Of a stretch of DNA of 39,079 nt, positions 7,964 to 14,302 are shown piece by piece (positions within the stretch are counted from its first letter, which is position 1; every line of letters starts with the position of its first letter). This DNA is from a virus. The notes beneath the pieces are model-generated. The model was not told the origin of the DNA. It searched no databases and saw only the letters and a program-made list of their open reading frames with translations. Both the position numbers and the translations under genes were made by a program. Where the stretch lies: the IMG/VR virus record IMGVR_UViG_3300045988_151092. One strand, given 5' to 3'.

Positions 7964-8701
7964 TTGAAAAACTTAGTAGAAGGTTGGTTAAAACTTTATA
8001 GAAGTATTCAGAATCATTGGTTATGGGAAGATAAGCCATTTAGTAGAGGACAAGCCTTTGTAGACCTTCTACTAATGGCAAACCATAAAGACAATAAGAT
8101 ATTATTTAACGGTGAGTTGATAGAGGTGAAAAGAGGCTCAAGAATTACATCATTAAGGCAACTAAGTGAGGCATGGGGATGGAGCACTAAAAAGACCAAA
8201 AAGTTTTTAGAACTTCTTGAAAAAGATAACATGATAACTGTAAAAAGTGACAATAAGAAAACACTTGTAACCATTGAAAACTATGGGGTTTACCAAGAAG
8301 TAGGAAACACAGAAGAAACACAGGAGAAACACCAAGGAAACAGTGAGGAAACGCAGAGGAAAAACAAAAGAAATTCAAAAGAAATTCAAAAAAAAACAAA
8401 CAAGAATGATAAAGAAAGATATAAGAATGATAAAGAAAGATATAAGAATGATAAAGAAAGAAAAGAAGAGGAATCCCAACCAGCCTCTCCTCGATTCTAT
8501 CCTTCTCCTATTCATGAGTTATTAGCTAATTCAGATTCTTTATCACCAGTAAGTTACAAAACATTTTTTGAAAATGCTGATATTAGAGAAGAGGTTGGAG
8601 TTATACAAATTAAACCAGAGAATGAGTTTTATAAAGGAGCTATTAAAAAGTATATTCCAACATTAGAGATTGAAACTCATAAAAAAATAGAGGTGATTTA
8701 A
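7964..8701 (+). CDS. Replisome organizer / DnaD-like replication initiator with a low-complexity repeat linker
   Basis: N-terminal winged-helix pattern WLKLYRSI..HWLW..KPFSRGQAFVDLLLMAN. The KNDKERY x3 repeat is encoded by DNA iterons. Confidence 0.6.
   Translation: MKNLVEGWLKLYRSIQNHWLWEDKPFSRGQAFVDLLLMANHKDNKILFNGELIEVKRGSRITSLRQLSEAWGWSTKKTKKFLELLEKDNMITVKSDNKKTLVTIENYGVYQEVGNTEETQEKHQGNSEETQRKNKRNSKEIQKKTNKNDKERYKNDKERYKNDKERKEEESQPASPRFYPSPIHELLANSDSLSPVSYKTFFENADIREEVGVIQIKPENEFYKGAIKKYIPTLEIETHKKIEVI
8402..8461. repeat. About 2.9 tandem copies of the 21-bp unit aagaatgataaagaaagatat (candidate origin iterons), preceded by an 11-bp x2 repeat at 8368-8389
   Basis: Copies at 8402-8422 and 8423-8443 are identical. 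The third copy at 8444-8461 is truncated. Confidence 0.85.
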
Positions 8702-8875
8702 GTGAAAGTTAATTTACTAGAAGTTTATTCAGTACATGAACTAGCATTAAAGACTTATAGAGATTTAGCTAAAAGAAAAATAGAAAGAAATAGAGAAGTA
8801 GCTGCTTATTTAAAAATTAGAGAAATAAGTGGAAGAAAGAAATGGAATGTTAGATTTGGAGGATATAGGTGGTAG
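8702..8875 (+). CDS. Hypothetical 57-aa protein (GTG start)
   Basis: Translated by hand. AGAGGTG RBS lies upstream, and the ORF is translationally coupled between the rep and rusA genes. Confidence 0.35.
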   Translation: MKVNLLEVYSVHELALKTYRDLAKRKIERNREVAAYLKIREISGRKKWNVRFGGYRW

Positions 8876-9251
8876 TAGTTACAGGAAAAATAAGAGGAAA
8901 GGCTAGACCTAGGGTATGTAGGGGTCATGCCTTTACCCCTAAAGATACAGTTCAATATGAAAAGTTATTAAGAGATTGTTATAAGCAACAAGATGGGAGA
9001 TACCTAGAAGGCTCTATAAAAGCTTTAATAATTGCTTACTATAAAAAAATCGTAAGTCATATAGTAAAAAACGTGTACAAGCCATAAGGGATGGGTTAGA
9101 AAAGCCAACAAAGAAACCAGATTCGGATAACATAGGAAAGATTATATTAGATAGCTTAAATGGTGTTGATTATAAAGGTGATAGTCAGATTATAGAGTTT
9201 AGTTTTATTAAGAGATATACGGAAGAACTTGAAAGAGTTGAATTAAGGTAA
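8869..9251 (+). pseudogene. rusA: RusA-family Holliday junction resolvase split by a 1-nt frame change in an A7 run (9043-9049)
   Basis: Frame A carries GKIRGKARPR..TPKDT..YE and stops at 9085-9087. The -1 frame, open from 9045, carries KSYSKKKRVQAIRDGLEKPTKKPDSDNIGKIILDSLNG..GDSQI and stops at 9249-9251. Confidence 0.7.
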
Positions 9252-9371
9252 ATAGAAATTGTTCTTTTAAAATTTAATAATATGGTGTTTAAATAATATA
9301 AAAATTGTATTGAAGATATTTATTGGATATAATTATACAGTAATATTAGTTTTATGAATAGGAGGTTAATT

Positions 9372-10067
9372 ATGGAAATTAGAATTATATATAATTATGT
9401 AATACAATCTTGTAGTAAAGGATATCCAGTTATAACTGAAGATATAATAAAGATAAATAATGAAACCACATTAGAAGATATATTTAAATATTCAAATCAA
9501 GAAAATGCTGATGTCTCTAAATATTATAAGATAAGTGGTGGATATTATTTTAATAGAAAGATATTACCATATATAAAAAATAAAAATAATGAAGTTATAT
9601 GGGAACCAGAATATAAAAATATTAAAGTATTGGATTTTATTTTCACTCATGATATTCAAGATAATACAATATATGCTGATACAGAGATAACTCAAGCTGG
9701 AGGACCGGAATTAAATGATGTTTCACAGTTATGGAATCATTGTTATCCAATTATTGATCAAATTGTAACAGTAGTATGTTTTTATGAGTTAAGTATTAAA
9801 TTAAGTAATTTTATAAAAGGTTTATTCAAGGGAAAAAAGATTGAACAAGTACCACCAAATTCATTTATAGAATTTATTCTAAGTAAGGATAAATGGAATC
9901 ATTATGAATTAGCAGAATATATGGAAATAACTCCAGAAGAAAGTAAAAATCTTTTAAAAGGATTTGGTTATAAGTGGGATAATTCTAAAAAGATATATAT
10001 AAATAGAAATAATCTTAAAGAAATCTTAGAAAAATTTTCAAAAATATCAATTTATAAAAATTTATAA
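9372..10067 (+). CDS. Orphan moron protein A (about 231 aa), no recognisable domain
   Basis: Has its own TTGTAT(9305)-17-TATAAT(9328) promoter, a GGAGG RBS at 9361 and its own terminator. Confidence 0.7.
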   Translation: MEIRIIYNYVIQSCSKGYPVITEDIIKINNETTLEDIFKYSNQENADVSKYYKISGGYYFNRKILPYIKNKNNEVIWEPEYKNIKVLDFIFTHDIQDNTIYADTEITQAGGPELNDVSQLWNHCYPIIDQIVTVVCFYELSIKLSNFIKGLFKGKKIEQVPPNSFIEFILSKDKWNHYELAEYMEITPEESKNLLKGFGYKWDNSKKIYINRNNLKEILEKFSKISIYKNL

Positions 10068-10084
10068 GATTTTATAAAAAAATG

Positions 10085-10118
10085 CCGTATTATTCAAAAA
10101 GAATATACGGTATTTTTT
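10085..10118 (+). terminator. Intrinsic terminator of moron A
   Basis: The hairpin ccgtattattc-aaaaa-gaatatacgg is followed by tatttttt. Confidence 0.8.
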
Positions 10119-10495
10119 ATCTAATTTTATAGAACAAGAGAAGTGATATATATTATAAAGAATCAAATAAGTTTCTTTGATAAACCAAGAGTTATTTTAT
10201 TGGATGATTGGCGAGGCTCCATCCTCTATTAACTAAAAATAGAGTGTGGGAGGTTTGTTTAGATAAACAGGAATATTACATTAGATATTTATATGAAGTA
10301 TTTTATGGGATATATAAGTATAAGGCAGAAAAGATTAAATAGTTATATTCTGGCTAGGTAAGAACTTTAAATATGAAAGGATGTGATGTACCTATATCAC
10401 ACAATAGGGTTTAGCTAGTTTAAAATATTCTTTTAAAATTGAATAGAAATATTTTGCAATAAATTATATAATTTAGATATAACTTATTGTAAAGG

Positions 10496-11104
10496 ATGAT
10501 GAATTTTATGGATAATTTATTTACTATTTATAAGACGGATGATGATTTTGAAAAATCTATAAAGGAAGAATTAAACAATATAAAGTTGGAACTAAATTCA
10601 GATATAAAATTTAAATTAGAAAAAGACCATTGTCCAGCTGTATCTGGCGAACTTGCTGGACAAGTTATACACATATTAAATTCTGATCCTGTTGGAGCTT
10701 TTATTAATTTATGTGAATTGGGTGCAATAGCTTATAATGTTATTAAATTTTTAAAAAGTAAAAATAAAGAATATAGAATTAGTAAAAAGTTATGCAAAGC
10801 TCTAGCTTTATTTAAATTAAAGAATGAAAATAAAGAATCAACTGAAGGGTGTAATTTAGATAAAGCTATAGTATATGGTCCAATGAAAATAGATAATATT
10901 AATGGAATAATATCTATGGAAGATTTTGCTATAGTTAATGACGCAACAGGAGAAATAGGGTATTTGATAGCTTATGCTTTTCAAAAAGGAGAAAAAAGAA
11001 CAAGAACAATATGGAATTTAATTAATACAAAAGGAGAAATTATTGTTTCATGGACTACTCAAACTTTAACAGAAAATCTTCCAGAGTTTTTTAAAAATAA
11101 TTAA
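10496..11104 (+). CDS. Orphan moron protein B (202 aa), no recognisable domain
   Basis: AAAGGA RBS. The upstream motif and the terminator are both shared with moron A. Confidence 0.7.
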   Translation: MMNFMDNLFTIYKTDDDFEKSIKEELNNIKLELNSDIKFKLEKDHCPAVSGELAGQVIHILNSDPVGAFINLCELGAIAYNVIKFLKSKNKEYRISKKLCKALALFKLKNENKESTEGCNLDKAIVYGPMKIDNINGIISMEDFAIVNDATGEIGYLIAYAFQKGEKRTRTIWNLINTKGEIIVSWTTQTLTENLPEFFKNN

Positions 11105-11116
11105 TAAAATTAATTG

Positions 11117-11150
11117 CCGTATCATTCATATGAATATACGGTATTTTTTT
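11117..11150 (+). terminator. Intrinsic terminator of moron B, a near copy of the one at 10085-10118
   Basis: The hairpin ccgtatcattca-ta-tgaatatacgg is followed by tattttttt. Confidence 0.8.
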
Positions 11151-11185
11151 ATTCAAATTTACAAGTGAATATTAGAGGTGATTAG

Positions 11186-11662
11186 ATGATAGATAAAAAC
11201 ATATTTAGAGAAACAGAAGTATTACTTAAGAACTACAGTAAGTTAGAATCAGAGATAGAGTTAATAAAATTAGAGATTAAAGATATACAGGAATCTTATA
11301 CTGGATGTGGAGCAATAGTATATAGTGAGAAAAGTGGTCCGACAAATAAGTTTAGTAGCATGGTTGAAGATGAAGTAATAAGGAAAGAGAAAGATCTATT
11401 CTATCTTAAGAGAGATTTAGATTATAAGGTTAGATTAAAGAGAAGAATAGATTTAGCTATACAAACTCTTGGAACAAAAGAAGAGAGAGATTTAATTAGA
11501 TTAAGATATATAAATCAACCTAAAGTTAGTTGGGGAACAGTTGCTAGACATTTAAAATATAATAAAGATTATTGCAGGAAGGAATTAAGACCTAAGGTTA
11601 TAAAGCAAATTGCAGATTTTGTATTCTATAATCCAGGAGTTCAAGAAAGGTTTATTATATAA
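11186..11662 (+). CDS. ArpU/RinA-like late-gene transcriptional activator
   Basis: The size, the N-terminal pattern (TEVLLKNY..LE.EI) and the C-terminal EERDLIRLRYI...W..VA..L HTH-like segment fit this family. Classically this gene lies just before terS. Confidence 0.65.
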   Translation: MIDKNIFRETEVLLKNYSKLESEIELIKLEIKDIQESYTGCGAIVYSEKSGPTNKFSSMVEDEVIRKEKDLFYLKRDLDYKVRLKRRIDLAIQTLGTKEERDLIRLRYINQPKVSWGTVARHLKYNKDYCRKELRPKVIKQIADFVFYNPGVQERFII

Positions 11663-11663
11663 A

Positions 11664-11705
11664 TATACCCCCTATTTATACCCGTTTAATACCCCACGTA
11701 TACCC
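11664..11705 (+). repeat. Four phased direct repeats of (T/A)ATACCC
   Basis: Copies start at 11664, 11677, 11688 and 11699 (spacing 13, 11, 11), immediately after the late-activator stop codon. Confidence 0.85.
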
Positions 11706-11820
11706 ACTTTTATGTGTTATTATGTAATTGTGGATAGGGTAAAGCGTTCATTGATGACCTCCTGGATGTAAATTAAAACTTAACTAACGGAAAAGCAAGG
11801 TGTAAAAGCCTTGCTAACAT

Positions 11821-11874
11821 GGAAGGTCACTAGCTGGAGATGCTTAAAGATGGTTCGAATCCATTGCCTTCCCC
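11821..11874 (+). ncRNA. tRNA-like element 1: acceptor stem, short GG-loop hairpin and T-arm, with no anticodon arm
   Basis: GGAAGGT (11821-27) pairs with GCCTTCC (11866-72). The T-arm is GATGG-TTCGAAT-CCATT (11849-65). The hairpin is AGC-TGGAGAT-GCT (11832-44). Confidence 0.4.
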
Positions 11875-11967
11875 TTTTATAAATTTTTAATCACAATTGA
11901 TAATTTAAAAGTTCTTATTTAAAAATCTTATTTCCCTTACATTGCAGGATTAAGTTCTTGCTTTTAT

Positions 11968-12056
11968 GGAGATATATCTCAATAGGTAGAGTATCGCTTT
12001 AGTAATGTTATAGGTTACTAGGGCGAAGGTTAGAGGTTCAAATTCTTTTATCCCCA
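11968..12056 (+). tRNA. tRNA-like element 2 (89 nt) with a 13-bp anticodon-type arm. Possibly a pseudo or atypical tRNA; the loop centre is TAT
   Basis: Acceptor GGAGATA/TATCCCC has one A-C mismatch. The D-arm carries A14, G18, G19 and A21. The arm pairs 11994-12006 with 12014-12026 around the loop GTTATAG. The variable loop is AGGTT, the T-arm is AGAGG-TTCAAAT-TCTTT, and the discriminator is A. Confidence 0.4.
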
Positions 12057-12187
12057 ATATTAAAACTTAATAAAATATCTCTTTGGACTTTAGGGGTTAC
12101 AGAGAGAAAAAGAATCTAGTTCTAGGTACTGGATTATTTTGTATTTAATAGTTAAATAAATATAAATTTACTATACATAGATATATT

Positions 12188-12196
12188 TGTTATAAT
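12188..12196 (+). promoter_or_regulatory. Extended -10 promoter element (TGtTATAAT) for the NACHT gene
   Basis: tgttataat lies 29 nt upstream of the ATG, with an AAGGGGG RBS at 12211-12217. Confidence 0.5.
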
Positions 12197-12224
12197 ATGA
12201 ATATATATTTAAGGGGGAATAGAA

Positions 12225-14243
12225 ATGGAAGAACTATTGAATAAAGGAATAACTTTGATAGCGACTACTTGTGTAGGTGAAATTATAAAATCAACTGTAA
12301 AAGAGTATGTTTCTCCACGATTAAAAACATTAAGTGACAATTCACTTTTAGATAAAGATAGAGTAAAAGTAGAAGAGAATATTTTGGATTATTTAGAAAG
12401 ATCTTATAAAAATAATAAATATATAAATACTATAGTGTTTAAAAATCAACAAAAAAAATTAGAAGATTTATATATACCATTAAAGGTAGTTAAATATATA
12501 GGTAAAAATGAAAAAAATAATTTTGAACTTTGTATAGATAAATATGATGAAAAGTTCATTCCATTACATAATAAAGTTTTGTTAGTAGATAATGCAGGTA
12601 TGGGAAAATCAACTATAATGAAATTTTTATATTTAAGTACGATTAAAGAAAATAAAGGGATACCAATATTAATAGAATTAAGAAAGTTAGATAAAAATAC
12701 ATCAATATTAGATTTTATAGTTAAAGAAATTAATGGAATTGATACTGAGTGTAATAAAAAGGTTATAGCTGAATTAATAAGAGGAGGTGATTTTATATTT
12801 TTCTTTGATGGATATGATGAAATAACATTAGAAAATAAAGATATTATTACAAAAAATATTCAAGAATTCATAGATAAAGCTCATAATAATAAATTTATAA
12901 TTTCATCTAGAGATGAGGATGAACTTACATCTTTTGGGGATTTTCAAAGATTTTATATAAAAGCACTTGCTAAAGAAGAAGCATATCAATTAATTAGCAA
13001 ATATGACGAAAATGGAGATTTATCAAAAGAATTAATAGATAATCTTGAAAATGAAGAAAATCTAAAAATATTGAAAGAATTTTTAGAAAATCCGCTTATG
13101 GTTTCTCTTTTATATAAAGCATTTGAATATAATAAAAGTATACCATACAAAAAGCACATATTTTATAAACAAGTATACGATGCATTGTTTGAGCAACATG
13201 ATTTATCAAAAGGTGGTGCATATAAACATATAAAAAGAAGTGGATTGGATATAGATGATTTTCATAAAATATTACGATGCTTAGCTTTTACTACATTGTC
13301 AAAGGGAATAGAATATTCAAAAGAAGATTTAATCAAATATATAGATTTTGTAAAAGAAAAAAATTCAGAAATAGAATTTAAAACGAGCTTTTTTATTTGG
13401 GACATAGTTCATTCAATACCATTATTCATAAAGGATGGATTGGAATATAAGTGGATACACAAATCATTTCAGGAGTATTTTGCTGCAGCTTATATATGCA
13501 ATGATTCTAAAAAGCAATCGGATAAATTTCTAAAAAAAATATCAAGTGAAGTTAAAATAGATAAATATTATAATATATTAGACTTTTGTTATGATATGGA
13601 TTACAAGAGTTTTTCTAGAAGTATATTATATCCTGTTATTGAAGAATTTATAAAATATTATAATGCTAGCTACAATAATCAATATTATTCTAATATTGAT
13701 GAAAAACATATTAATATTAGAAAAAGTCTAGAATTTAGTTATGAAAAAATATTTATAAAAAGATTAAATGAAAACACTAGGCATTTACGAATTAAAAAAG
13801 ACGTTAATGATACATTTAGTTATACATTTAGTGATGTAAATTTTGATGGAGCAGTTAAGTTTATAATAACTAGCAAAGATTCGCTAGGTAATTTAAAGGA
13901 AGTTGCAGCAAATATAGGTAGTAAAAGAAAAACATCATTAATGAAGTTGTTATACAATAAAAGGAATAGTATTGTAAGTGAAATAGAAGAAGTTAAGAAT
14001 ATGAAAGGAGATATTACAGAAATAGTTCAAAATTATGAATGGAATTTACTAAATGATGATGTAGAAAATATATTTAATAGAAAAGATAAATTTCTTATCA
14101 TACATAATTGGTTTCAAAAATATGCTTCAAATGATCTTGATGAAATACCTGCAATAATTTTTAACTATAGTGAGTGCATTAAATTAAAAAATAATATAGA
14201 TAAAGAAATTATTGAAGAAGAAAGTGACTTAGACTTTTTGTAG
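12225..14243 (+). CDS. NACHT-family STAND P-loop NTPase (bacterial NLR-like, candidate anti-phage sensor)
   Basis: Motifs seen: Walker A VDNAGMGKST (aa 121-130), ILIELRKL, Walker B DFIFFFDGYDE (aa 189-199), FIISSRDE, ENPLMVSLLY and HKSFQEYFAAAY. The N-terminal region (about 110 aa) and C-terminal region (about 240 aa) show no recognisable domain or repeats. Confidence 0.8.
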   Translation: MEELLNKGITLIATTCVGEIIKSTVKEYVSPRLKTLSDNSLLDKDRVKVEENILDYLERSYKNNKYINTIVFKNQQKKLEDLYIPLKVVKYIGKNEKNNFELCIDKYDEKFIPLHNKVLLVDNAGMGKSTIMKFLYLSTIKENKGIPILIELRKLDKNTSILDFIVKEINGIDTECNKKVIAELIRGGDFIFFFDGYDEITLENKDIITKNIQEFIDKAHNNKFIISSRDEDELTSFGDFQRFYIKALAKEEAYQLISKYDENGDLSKELIDNLENEENLKILKEFLENPLMVSLLYKAFEYNKSIPYKKHIFYKQVYDALFEQHDLSKGGAYKHIKRSGLDIDDFHKILRCLAFTTLSKGIEYSKEDLIKYIDFVKEKNSEIEFKTSFFIWDIVHSIPLFIKDGLEYKWIHKSFQEYFAAAYICNDSKKQSDKFLKKISSEVKIDKYYNILDFCYDMDYKSFSRSILYPVIEEFIKYYNASYNNQYYSNIDEKHINIRKSLEFSYEKIFIKRLNENTRHLRIKKDVNDTFSYTFSDVNFDGAVKFIITSKDSLGNLKEVAANIGSKRKTSLMKLLYNKRNSIVSEIEEVKNMKGDITEIVQNYEWNLLNDDVENIFNRKDKFLIIHNWFQKYASNDLDEIPAIIFNYSECIKLKNNIDKEIIEEESDLDFL

Positions 14244-14268
14244 AACTCTCATTTGAGAGTTCTTTTTA
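14242..14268 (+). terminator. Intrinsic terminator after the NACHT gene
   Basis: The hairpin agaactctc-attt-gagagttct is followed by a T-run. Confidence 0.8.
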
Positions 14269-14302
14269 TTTTACAAAACAAACGAATAGGTGAGGTGGTG
14301 AT

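Noticed and set aside
8014-8525. ORFs 8014-8274(-), 8187-8399(-) and 8343-8525(+)
   Set aside because: They are alternative or antisense frames inside the replisome-organizer gene, generated by its purine-rich repeat region.
11968-12056. tRNA-like element 2 read as an ochre (UAA) suppressor that rescues the endolysin
   Set aside because: In the best hand fold the 7-nt loop is GTTATAG, so the anticodon position reads TAT rather than TTA. TTA occurs only one position out of register, and the 13-bp arm is incompatible with normal decoding. The idea is kept only as a testable aside.
11821-12056. Both elements called as ordinary phage tRNA genes
   Set aside because: Element 1 has no anticodon arm. 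Element 2 fits neither type-I nor type-II cloverleaf rules and has acceptor, D-stem and T-stem imperfections. They are reported as tRNA-like with low confidence.
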